The position numbers and the translations under genes were made by a program. A DNA stretch of 64,000 nucleotides from an uncultured Chryseobacterium sp. (GTDB lineage Bacteria > Bacteroidota > Bacteroidia > Flavobacteriales > Weeksellaceae): NCBI RefSeq assembly GCF_913778085.1, contig NZ_CAJYXJ010000008.1, one strand, 5' to 3'. This document shows, piece after piece, positions 20,976 through 29,583 of this stretch. The notes below the pieces were generated by a model. The model was not told where the DNA came from. It searched no databases and worked only from the letters and a program-made list of their open reading frames with translations. Numbering within the stretch: position 1 is the stretch's first letter; each line of letters opens with the position of its first letter.

Positions 20976-21298
20976 CTTCTTTGTGAAAATTTGAGCCTGT
21001 AATGGTTATTAGTTTTAGAAAACTTTAATGCTTAAATTTTCCTTTTGTTCTAATGCTGACGTAAAGGTGAGAATTAATCTGCAGAAATACATCCGTACAA
21101 ATACTGAAAATAGATTTACGTATTTCTACGGAGTACCCCATTTAGATAAAATTTTTAGTTTAAATCTTTTATTCAATGGATGAGGATAAATAATTGGAAC
21201 AACGAATATCATTTATAAATACGAAGTAAATACATCGGGTAAAAAACAAAAAATCCGAAGAATAGATCCCCGGATTTTTCGTGTATAAGTAAATTTTC

Positions 21299-21715
21299 TT
21301 AGAAAATCTCTCTTCCTGAAAAATGGAATTGTGCTTCGATAAGCGCATTCTCATCAGAATCGGAACCGTGAACGGCATTTTCTCCGATGCTTCTTGCAAA
21401 CATTTTTCTGATGGTACCTTCTGCTGCTTCAGCAGGATTTGTAGAACCGATTAATGTTCTGAACGCTTCAACCGCATTTTCTTTTTCAAGAACAGCAGCC
21501 ACAATCGGCCCTGAGCTCATAAATTCAACCAATTCCCCGTAGAACGGTCTTTCAGAATGTACTTCGTAGAATTTTTTTGCATCAGCTACTGTAAGCTGTG
21601 TAAGCTTCATCGCTTTGATTTTAAAACCTCCTTCTGAAATTTTCCCTAATATAGCACCGATATGTCCGTCCGCAACTGCATCAGGCTTAATCATAGTGAA
21701 TGTAATGTTAGACAT
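21299..21715 (-). CDS. ndk: Nucleoside diphosphate kinase
   Basis: [25 protein letters not shown]. Confidence 0.97.
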   Translation of the reverse strand: MSNITFTMIKPDAVADGHIGAILGKISEGGFKIKAMKLTQLTVADAKKFYEVHSERPFYGELVEFMSSGPIVAAVLEKENAVEAFRTLIGSTNPAEAAEGTIRKMFARSIGENAVHGSDSDENALIEAQFHFSGREIF

Positions 21716-21825
21716 AAATGGATATTTTTTTAATGGCGCAAAAATACAAAAAATTCTTGTCTTTTTAATTTTAAAATATTTTTAACATAAAAATAACATT
21801 TGTTAAGAAATTGCAGGTAAAACTT

Positions 21826-21840
21826 TGGCACAGGATTTGT
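21826..21840 (+). promoter_or_regulatory. Sigma54-like -24/-12 promoter
   Basis: TGGCACAGGATTTGT (GG-N10-GT); predicted +1 near 21852, next to the start of the repeated element. Confidence 0.65.
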
Positions 21841-21851
21841 TTCTACTATTA

Positions 21852-21920
21852 CGATTCTCATGTTTAATTTGAGTTTTCATGGTTATTAGTTTTTACCCAG
21901 CCTCGGCTGGGTTTTTTATT
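21852..21920 (+). ncRNA. Candidate sRNA, copy 1 (anti-translation-start sequence)
   Basis: 41 bp (21855-21895) identical to 60469-60509; terminator acccagcc-tc-ggctgggt followed by a T run. Confidence 0.7.
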
Positions 21921-22175
21921 GGACTAATTCCCCAAATTCCTTACTCAGCATTAAAATTTTTGAATATTTAAACAATCGTTTAACAAAATCATTCCGTCAG
22001 TCTAAGCTTTATTCATATAGCATGTCAAAGACTTCATGTATTATCAATGGATACGATCTGAATGATGAAAATTAAATGCAGGACAAATTATTGTGCTTAG
22101 TATGGCAATCGTTATTTTTATTGAAATACAAAACTAAAATCTATACTGGGAAATCCTTAAGAGGCTGGATTAGAA

Positions 22176-23102
22176 TTATTTTTGAGAAGCTTCTTCCGCT
22201 TCTTCCATCAGTTTAATATAGGTAGCATATCGGGAATGCTGTATTTCTCCTGTTTCCAGTGCTTCAACGACGGCACATTTCGGCTCATTGATATGAAGGC
22301 AGTTGTGGTATTTGCATTCTTCCCTTTTTCTGAAGATTTCCGGAAAATAATGCTGTACTTCTTCCTTTTCAATGTCGATCATGGCAAATTCGCGTACGCC
22401 GGGCGTATCGATTACATTACCGCCGAAATCCCAGAAATGCATCTGTGCAAAAGTAGTGGTATGCTTGCCTTTCAGATGCGTGTCGGAAATTTCAGAAGTT
22501 TTCAGATTAAGCCCGGGCTGCAAAGCATTGACCAATGTGGATTTTCCGCAGCCGGAATGTCCGAAAAACACAGACGTTTTATCCTGAAGCAATTCTTTCA
22601 GATGATCAAGATGTAATCCTGAATAGGATGAAATTTCCAACGAGCTGTAACCGATTTCGCTGTACAGGAATTCTATATCCTTTACAATTTCTGCTTCTTC
22701 TTCGCTTAGCACGTCCATTTTATTGAACAAAATCAGAGGAGAGATATTATAGGCTTCACAGCAGGCAAGGAACCGGTCCAGAAAACCCAGTGAAGTTTCG
22801 GGATGTTTTAAAGTAAAGATAAAGCAGGCCAGATCAATATTGGATGCAATAATATGGGCTTCTTTAGAAAGGTTAACGGATTTTCGGATCAGGTAGTTCG
22901 TGCGCGGCTCAATTTTCGTGATCCAGGCAATATCGTCCTGCTCAAGCTGAAATTCTACAAAATCACCCACAGCAAGAGGATTGGTAAGACGGGTCTTGAT
23001 CAGTTTAAACTTTCCGCGGATTCTCGCCTCGAAAATTTTTTCGGTTTCCAATTCCAGTACCTGATACCAGCTTCCTGTAGATTTAATGATTTTTCCTTTC
23101 AT
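22176..23102 (-). CDS. rsgA: Ribosome small subunit-dependent GTPase A
   Basis: NKMD, GHSGCGKSTLVN, GKHTTT, DTPG, CKYHNCLHINEPKC. Confidence 0.97.
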   Translation of the reverse strand: MKGKIIKSTGSWYQVLELETEKIFEARIRGKFKLIKTRLTNPLAVGDFVEFQLEQDDIAWITKIEPRTNYLIRKSVNLSKEAHIIASNIDLACFIFTLKHPETSLGFLDRFLACCEAYNISPLILFNKMDVLSEEEAEIVKDIEFLYSEIGYSSLEISSYSGLHLDHLKELLQDKTSVFFGHSGCGKSTLVNALQPGLNLKTSEISDTHLKGKHTTTFAQMHFWDFGGNVIDTPGVREFAMIDIEKEEVQHYFPEIFRKREECKYHNCLHINEPKCAVVEALETGEIQHSRYATYIKLMEEAEEASQK

Positions 23103-23242
23103 ATAATAAGATGGTGCAAATATAAGGAATTAGGTTCAGGTTTGGGAATATGGGTGTCTGAGAGTTGGAGAATATTCATTTTGTATATACTTTCAGAGCA
23201 TTCAACCTGAATATTCCCAAACTCTCCTACCCTCAGACCTTT

Positions 23243-24322
23243 CTACCTATTGATCATAATGCTGTTCTGCACTTCAATGGATTCTTCATGAATGGCTTTG
23301 AATACCTTTTCGATAAACTCCTGTGACATGCCTGTCTCTACCGCTTTCTGGTTGGAATATTCGGTAATTACCTTCCAGCGATCGGGCTGGAAAATCGCAA
23401 TATCATTTTCTTTTTTAAGTTTTCCGATTTTTTCCGAGATCTTCATCCTTTGGGACAGCAGTTCGATCAGCTGAAAATCAATATCAGAAATCAGGGTCCT
23501 GTGTCTTCCCATATCACCTTCGAAGCCTGCAAGGCCGGAATTTCTCATTTTTAAATTTCCGATCAGCCCTGCCAGGACTTCCGGTGTAATCTGCTGAGCG
23601 GCATCACTCCATGCTGCATCAGGATTACAGTGTGTCTCAATAATGGCCCCCTGATAACCGACATTCAGTGCTTCCTGAGTAATGTCTGCCAGGCCGGTCC
23701 TGTTTCCACAGATGTGTGAAGGGTCAATCAGCATTGGGATATTGGGGAACTGACTTTTGAAATCCAGGGCTATCTGCCAATTGGGATTATTCCGGTATTT
23801 TGTTTTCTGATAGGTGGAGAAACCTCTGTGGATCACCCCTAAATTTTTAATGTCCTGTCCTAATAAACGTTCAAGCGCACCGATCCACAAAGCAAGATCC
23901 GGGTTTACGGGATTTTTTACCAGAACGGGCTTATCTGTTCCTCTCAATGCCATAGCAATTTCCTGTACCGTAAACGGATTTACGGTAGAACGCGCTCCGA
24001 TCCACAGAATATCCACGTCCGCTTCCAGTGCGGCAAAAACATGATGGGCATTGGCCACTTCCGTTGCTGTTTTAAAACCATATTCCTCCTTCACTTTTTT
24101 GAGCCAGTTAAGCCCGATAACGCCAACCCCTTCAAAACCGTTGGGTTTTGTACGTGGCTTCCAGATTCCTGCACGGAAAATCGGAACGTTGGCATTTGTT
24201 TCCCGTATTCTTTTCGCAGTTTCCAGCATCTGGGCTTCACTTTCGGCGCTGCATGGCCCCGCAATCATGATAGGTTGTGAGAACTCATCTGTCCAGCAGC
24301 CTTTTAATTCTTTTAAATCCAT
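23243..24322 (-). CDS. Bifunctional DAHP synthase / chorismate mutase
   Basis: IAGPCSAES, WKPRT, WIGAR, DPSH; C-terminal CM domain (RTLISDIDFQLIELLSQRM...IHEESI). Confidence 0.93.
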   Translation of the reverse strand: MDLKELKGCWTDEFSQPIMIAGPCSAESEAQMLETAKRIRETNANVPIFRAGIWKPRTKPNGFEGVGVIGLNWLKKVKEEYGFKTATEVANAHHVFAALEADVDILWIGARSTVNPFTVQEIAMALRGTDKPVLVKNPVNPDLALWIGALERLLGQDIKNLGVIHRGFSTYQKTKYRNNPNWQIALDFKSQFPNIPMLIDPSHICGNRTGLADITQEALNVGYQGAIIETHCNPDAAWSDAAQQITPEVLAGLIGNLKMRNSGLAGFEGDMGRHRTLISDIDFQLIELLSQRMKISEKIGKLKKENDIAIFQPDRWKVITEYSNQKAVETGMSQEFIEKVFKAIHEESIEVQNSIMINR

Positions 24323-24480
24323 TATTCTTACTTATTTTTTGTTTTATATTGAGTATACAGCAAAAAAGCATCATAAAATTACTTTATAATTCTTTTCAAA
24401 AAACTGCCGTTAAAATTTTAATTAAAGGAAATAGGGATTGAAGAAATCAATATCCCGTTATTTTTTGGAAAGAAATTCAG

Positions 24481-24615
24481 TTAACAATACCAATAATAAA
24501 ATCGATAATAAGTTCTGAAATTTCTAAAATAAGCAAACCAAAAGCCGAAATTACCGCTAAAAATTTGATTAGCGGGTACGAAAAAAGACTGATATGGATG
24601 GGTTGATTTTTCCAT
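24481..24615 (-). CDS. Putative aromatic-amino-acid leader peptide (44 aa)
   Basis: Manual translation MEKSTHPYQSFFVPANQIFSGNFGFWFAYFRNFRTYYRFYYWYC: 9 F, 7 Y, 2 W; lies between a promoter and the DAHP synthase gene. Confidence 0.7.
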   Translation of the reverse strand: MEKSTHPYQSFFVPANQIFSGNFGFWFAYFRNFRTYYRFYYWYC

Positions 24616-24690
24616 GGTGAACGTCTGTTCCGGGCTTTTGTTTATTATTTGTTTCCGTCCGGAAAATTATTTTCCAGATCAAATACCTGA

Positions 24691-24719
24691 CAAATATATA
24701 AAATTTATTTAAATATCAA
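24691..24719 (-). promoter_or_regulatory. Sigma70-type promoter for leader plus DAHP/CM gene
   Basis: Minus strand TTG-N18-TATATTTG. Confidence 0.65.
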
Positions 24720-24805
24720 TTTTTGACTTCATCTTTTTTCATGAAACCTGTAAAAAATCAATCTGCTTCCGGTAAGAATTGGTTCATTCTCAACGAATGG
24801 TTGAT

Positions 24806-25444
24806 TTATGTAAGATCAAACCTCATCAAATCATCAAGATCTTTCAGCAGTGGATTTTTTTCAGCGAATTTCTCAAAGATTTTTCTTTTGGTCATTACTT
24901 CGATCTTCAGGTTTTCCGTGTCTCTTTTATAAATCAGCTCAATCGAAAAATTATGGACTTTAGTTTTAAAGTGATTGAAGAATTCCCGGCTCACTTTGTC
25001 AAATTCCACTTTTGCAGAATCCGAAGGATATAACACCGTAATCTGATTTTCACCGGATTTAATAAGTTTGAACGTCTTAATAGCATTAAAGACGAAAGTA
25101 TCTTTCCGCTGAAGCTGTCTCAGCAGCAGGTTCCATTCTGCCTGCAGATCCGTTTCGGTAAAATGATTCTGGGGAAGATTTTCCGTTTTGACGGCAACGG
25201 TTTCCTCTTCAACAACGGTATCTTCCTTATTTAAAAATGCCGTAATGCTGAAGCCTGAAGAGACGACCTGTTTTGTAAGAGGTTTTGTTGTTTTCCTGAT
25301 CTCTGCTTCCTGAGGTTTTGCAATTTCTGAAGATTTTACAGATGCCGGTGCAGCTTCCTGCTTTACTTCTGCTGTTTCCCGGCTTTCAGGAGCTTTCGCC
25401 TGTGTATTTTCTTTTTTAGGAAACGGAGGAAGTATTAAGAACTT
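24806..25444 (-). CDS. dnaX: DnaX tau C-terminal extension in the -1 frame (no own start)
   Basis: Open frame of 212 aa, KFLILPPFPKKENTQAK...LYPSDSAKV...NPLLKDLDDLMRFDLT, beginning inside the A10 run; no ATG near its 5' end. Confidence 0.75.
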   Translation of the reverse strand, partial: KFLILPPFPKKENTQAKAPESRETAEVKQEAAPASVKSSEIAKPQEAEIRKTTKPLTKQVVSSGFSITAFLNKEDTVVEEETVAVKTENLPQNHFTETDLQAEWNLLLRQLQRKDTFVFNAIKTFKLIKSGENQITVLYPSDSAKVEFDKVSREFFNHFKTKVHNFSIELIYKRDTENLKIEVMTKRKIFEKFAEKNPLLKDLDDLMRFDLT

Positions 25445-26520
25445 TTTTTTTTAGCAACGCCTGAATCAGCCGTTAAAGAAGCCAATTGCATCAAAGCAAT
25501 TTCTACGGTAAGCCTCGGATTTTTAGAATTTTTATAATTAATATCTGCATGGTTGCAGATTTCAATCGCATCGATCAGCTGCTGGGGATTCCACTTCTGC
25601 GCCTGTTCCACAAACTTCGCTTTAGTCTGTTCGCCGACTTCAATAAGCTCGATGGTAGAGGTATTCTGCGCCATCATCAGATCTCTGAAATGATTTCCGA
25701 GCCCTGCAATAAAAATATGCGGATCGAACCCTCTCTTAACAATTTCATTAAATGCAAAAAGAACTTCCGGAATTTTATTTTCTTTGGCTAAATCTACTAT
25801 TTTTAAATATTGATCGTAATCCAGGATATTTAAAACTTCGGCAGCTTTGGCTAATGTAATGTTTTTTTGGGAAAAGGTGGAAAGCCTGTCAAAAATGGAA
25901 AGAGCATCTCTTAATGCGCCGTCCGCTTTCTGGGCGATCAGATATAAGGCATCATCTTCGTATTGAATCGCCTCTTTTCGGGCGATGTTTCTAAGGTGCC
26001 CCTGAATATCTTCAATTACGATTCTTTTGAAATCGTAGATCTGACATCTCGATAAGATGGTTGGAATGATTTTGTGCTTCTCGGTGGTCGCCAGAATAAA
26101 GATGGCATGTGCAGGCGGTTCCTCAAGGGTCTTAAGGAAAGCGTTGAATGCTGCAGAAGACAGCATGTGTACCTCATCGATAATATAGACCTTATACTTA
26201 CCAGTCTGGGGTGCGTAACGTACCTGATCGATCAACTCCCTGATATCGTCTACAGAGTTATTGGAAGCTGCATCCAGTTCATAAATATTGTAGGCAAATC
26301 CGTCTTCCGAAACAGAACCGTCCTTTTCATTGATTTTCCGGGCCAGAATCCGTGCGCAGGTGGTTTTCCCTACTCCTCTCGGTCCGCAGAAAAGTAAAGC
26401 CTGAGCAAGCTGGTTTTCCCCGATGGCGTGCTCCAAAGTATCCGTAATGTGAGATTGCCCGACAACGGCGTCAAACTCCTGTGGGCGATATTTCCTTGCA
26501 GATACGATAAAATTTTCCAT
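25435..26520 (-). CDS. dnaX: DNA polymerase III gamma/tau, zero-frame gamma-sized product
   Basis: ARKYRPQ, GPRGVGKTT, DAAS, DEVHMLS, SRC; ends GCT-A10-GT-TCT-TAA. Confidence 0.97.
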   Translation of the reverse strand: MENFIVSARKYRPQEFDAVVGQSHITDTLEHAIGENQLAQALLFCGPRGVGKTTCARILARKINEKDGSVSEDGFAYNIYELDAASNNSVDDIRELIDQVRYAPQTGKYKVYIIDEVHMLSSAAFNAFLKTLEEPPAHAIFILATTEKHKIIPTILSRCQIYDFKRIVIEDIQGHLRNIARKEAIQYEDDALYLIAQKADGALRDALSIFDRLSTFSQKNITLAKAAEVLNILDYDQYLKIVDLAKENKIPEVLFAFNEIVKRGFDPHIFIAGLGNHFRDLMMAQNTSTIELIEVGEQTKAKFVEQAQKWNPQQLIDAIEICNHADINYKNSKNPRLTVEIALMQLASLTADSGVAKKKSS

Positions 26521-26615
26521 TGGCCAAAAATAAGAAATATAGTTCTAATTCAAAAATGAAAACCTTTCAAATTCCTATAAACTTACTCTGGTCAATGGGA
26601 AATTTTCTCTCATCA

Positions 26616-27245
26616 TTATTTTGATTCGTAGGCAAAGTCTATGATCTCGGCAATCGCTTTTTCAATTTCCTTTCTTCCTTCTTCGGATTTCAGATCGATT
26701 CCACAGAACATTTGTGCATTATAAGCTGTATAGAGATTAAGATAATAAGCTCCGGATACCAATAAGGCAGCAATGGCACGATATCTTACCGACTGGTCTC
26801 CGAAATGAGGGTCTACAATATTCTTGAACAGCATTTCTCCCATCTCTTCCCTATCGTCGGCAACTTTCTTAAGGATCGGTTTATTTTCGGAAAGTCCCCA
26901 AAGAATAATTTTCTGAAGCTCTTTGTTTTTCTTAATGTGCTCGAACTGATTGAGAATGGCAACCTTGGACAATTCTTTTCCACCGTCAGAAATATCAACG
27001 TGCAGATTATCCTGGTTCATCCGGCTCCAGTAATCCTGCGACCGGATATATTCATCGATCAGTTTTTCGGTGCTTCCGAAGTACTCATAGATCAGTTTCT
27101 TGTCGAATCCGGCTACAGCAGCAATCTTGCTAACTTTCAATCCGGAATATCCTTTGGTTCTTAAAATCTTCCCAACTGCAGCCAGCAGTTTCTGTTTAGT
27201 TTTTTCTTTATCCCTGATAGGGCCCTGTACCACTTTTCTAGGCAT
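26616..27245 (-). CDS. TetR/AcrR family regulator
   Basis: MPRKVVQGPIRDKEKTKQKLL...IYEYFGS HTH; start moved to 27245, 7 nt after the upstream stop. Confidence 0.9.
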   Translation of the reverse strand: MPRKVVQGPIRDKEKTKQKLLAAVGKILRTKGYSGLKVSKIAAVAGFDKKLIYEYFGSTEKLIDEYIRSQDYWSRMNQDNLHVDISDGGKELSKVAILNQFEHIKKNKELQKIILWGLSENKPILKKVADDREEMGEMLFKNIVDPHFGDQSVRYRAIAALLVSGAYYLNLYTAYNAQMFCGIDLKSEEGRKEIEKAIAEIIDFAYESK

Positions 27246-27252
27246 GTTATTA

Positions 27253-28509
27253 TTATTTTTTTGCAATATGCAATTTTTTATTGATATCTTCAAATGCATC
27301 AAGCGTTTTATCAAGATGTTCTTTTCTATGGGTAGCCGTCATACTCATCCTGATCCTGGCATCTTTACGGGCTACGGCAGGGTACATGATAGGGTTTGTA
27401 TATACTCCGCGGTCCAGCAGCATCTTTCCTACATCCATTGTAGTGCGGGGATCCCCTATTTTTACCGGAATTACGGCAGAACATGTGGTCCCTGTTTCCA
27501 GGCCCAGATCATCCAACCCCTTTTTAAAGTAATTGATGTTCTCCCATAATTGGGTTCTCAGTTCGGGCTCTTCATCAATGAGATCAATCGCTTTAACAAT
27601 TCCCGCCGCCGTTCCCGGTGGCGTAGTGGCCGAAAATATCTGCTGCCTGGATTGAAACCTGATGAAATTTGTTAGTTTATCATTCGCAATCACATATCCG
27701 CCAATATTCCCGAAGGTCTTGCTGAATGTTCCTGTAATGATGTCGATTTTATCCAGCAGTCCCGTATTCTCGATGGTTCCCCTTCCGGTCTTCCCTAAAA
27801 TGCCTACCCCGTGCACATCATCAATCATCAGGTAAGCATTATATTTTTTTACTAATTTATAAATTTCTTCAACGGGTGCAGTGTCTCCATCCTGAGAATA
27901 GACCCCATCTATTACAACAAGCTTTGTACGGAACTGATTCTCGGAGGTTTTAAGAATATGTTCAAGAGCATCAAGATTATTGTGCGGAAATGTTTTCCTG
28001 TTTGTAAGGATACATCCTTCATAGACACTGGCATGGACAGCCATATCAATAATCGCAATATCCTCTTTCTGCAGCAGAATCTGTAAAGTGGCACTGTTTG
28101 CAGTATATCCTGTCGTAAAGGTTACGGCTTCTTCCTGTCTTCGTCCAAAAAATCCCGCGATTTTGGTTTCCAGCTCGTTATGATACGAATAATATCCGCC
28201 AATAAGAGGTGTAGCCGCAGAACCTGTCCCAAATTCATCAATTCCCCTTATGGCGGCTTCCTTTACTTTGGGATGTTGGGTAAGGCCTAAATAATCACTG
28301 GTTACAAAGCTTATAATTTCTCTTGTAATATTATTTTCTCCGATGTTCATGACAGAGCTGCATCCTGTATTATTCTGCAGTCTGTAACGATGTCCATTAG
28401 TTTTCATATATTCCAGGAAGTCATAATAGATATCTGCACGCTGCATCATATCGAATCCAGGAATATTTTCAAAATCCTTAAAGGTCGCTGTTGTAAAGTC
28501 AATATTCAT
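27253..28509 (-). CDS. PLP-dependent alpha-oxoamine synthase family enzyme
   Basis: SDYLGL, TTGYTAN, VHAS, DGVYSQDG, DDVHG, GTFSKTFG. Confidence 0.92.
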   Translation of the reverse strand: MNIDFTTATFKDFENIPGFDMMQRADIYYDFLEYMKTNGHRYRLQNNTGCSSVMNIGENNITREIISFVTSDYLGLTQHPKVKEAAIRGIDEFGTGSAATPLIGGYYSYHNELETKIAGFFGRRQEEAVTFTTGYTANSATLQILLQKEDIAIIDMAVHASVYEGCILTNRKTFPHNNLDALEHILKTSENQFRTKLVVIDGVYSQDGDTAPVEEIYKLVKKYNAYLMIDDVHGVGILGKTGRGTIENTGLLDKIDIITGTFSKTFGNIGGYVIANDKLTNFIRFQSRQQIFSATTPPGTAAGIVKAIDLIDEEPELRTQLWENINYFKKGLDDLGLETGTTCSAVIPVKIGDPRTTMDVGKMLLDRGVYTNPIMYPAVARKDARIRMSMTATHRKEHLDKTLDAFEDINKKLHIAKK

Positions 28510-28741
28510 CCTTATTATATATTTTGTTAGCTGTTAGTGTAACAAATATAAAAATATTTTCAAACAGAATTCGATGATTTATCTAATAAAATTTAATATG
28601 TATAGAATATTTTTATTAAAAAATCATAAATACCATTCACATTCACAATACATAGGAAAAATTAACAGTAAAAACCAAAATTTAAAATCTGTATAAAACA
28701 TTAATAATTAAACGATTAATTATTAGATTTGAGACAATAAT

Positions 28742-29497
28742 TCACTTCTCGAAGCTATTACGAACTGCTTTTACCGAATTTTTAACTTTGAGCTTTTCCA
28801 GAATATTCTGCCGGTGGCGGCTTACCGTATTGATGCTTATCGAAAGCATCTGTGCTATTTCCTTGCTGGTAAGGCCTTCACCAACAAGTTTGAGGATTTG
28901 CAATTCTCTTGCAGAAAGTACATTCTTGTACGTTAACTTATCTTCGGCAACGATCTCTCCTTTAACGGCATTGATAATTAAAAATTCTGAAGACAAATGC
29001 GCAGACTGATTCAGAGCGATATTATACAAGCATAAAGCAAACCTTAATTTTAGGTTATCCGGAGAGTAGAAATAAAACATCCGGTGCCGGATAAAACGAT
29101 AGCGGCCTTCCTTATCTTTCATTTTTAATACTGACGATACACTGAACTTTGCCTTGTCTCTGAAATCTATTTCTTTAAGCATGTTAAAAAATCTCAGCTC
29201 ATGAATATACTTTTTCAATTTATCTTCCGGATGTATTTTTTTCAGAATATCCTCTTCCCAGATCGAATCGATTATTTTCGGGTTTTTACCTGAATCCAGA
29301 CCCAGCTCATCGGCTGTTTCAGAAAAGTATACAAAACTTTTATCTGCCTGCATATCACTCAGCACAGCAACGGAATTTTCAATCTGAGAATAATATGCTG
29401 CTATATTCTTATACGATTCAATATCCAGTGTGCAACCTTTATTCTTTTCACACTTCCCGATCAGGAGTGTTTTGTTAAGCGTCTCGACGATTTCCAT
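28742..29497 (-). CDS. LuxR-type HTH regulator with N-terminal sensor region
   Basis: C-terminal LSARELQILKLVGEGLTSKEIA...TVSRHRQNILEKL. Confidence 0.9.
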   Translation of the reverse strand: MEIVETLNKTLLIGKCEKNKGCTLDIESYKNIAAYYSQIENSVAVLSDMQADKSFVYFSETADELGLDSGKNPKIIDSIWEEDILKKIHPEDKLKKYIHELRFFNMLKEIDFRDKAKFSVSSVLKMKDKEGRYRFIRHRMFYFYSPDNLKLRFALCLYNIALNQSAHLSSEFLIINAVKGEIVAEDKLTYKNVLSARELQILKLVGEGLTSKEIAQMLSISINTVSRHRQNILEKLKVKNSVKAVRNSFEK

Positions 29498-29583
29498 AAA
29501 AAATGGTTATTTATAAGTATTGACAGGGAATCCCCTTCGTTTTATCTTTGCTAAAGTAATCATTATTTATACGATAAAGTTTA

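Noticed and set aside
21803-21880. Minus-strand peptide MKTQIKHENRNSRNKSCAKVLPAIS (and MKTQIKHEKFAANI at 60450-60494) as the reason for the 41-bp repeat
   Set aside because: Promoters and U-tracts point to the plus strand, a strong hairpin would sit just 5' of the start region, and the C-termini are unrelated. Disfavoured, but not excluded without Ribo-seq.
23120-23240. Imperfect inverted repeat between the DAHP/CM gene and rsgA
   Set aside because: Degenerate intergenic palindrome with no U-tract and no evidence of a distinct function
27246-27314. N-terminal extension of the TetR ORF overlapping the AOS gene
   Set aside because: ATG at 27245 has an A-rich start region and gives a normal TetR N-terminus
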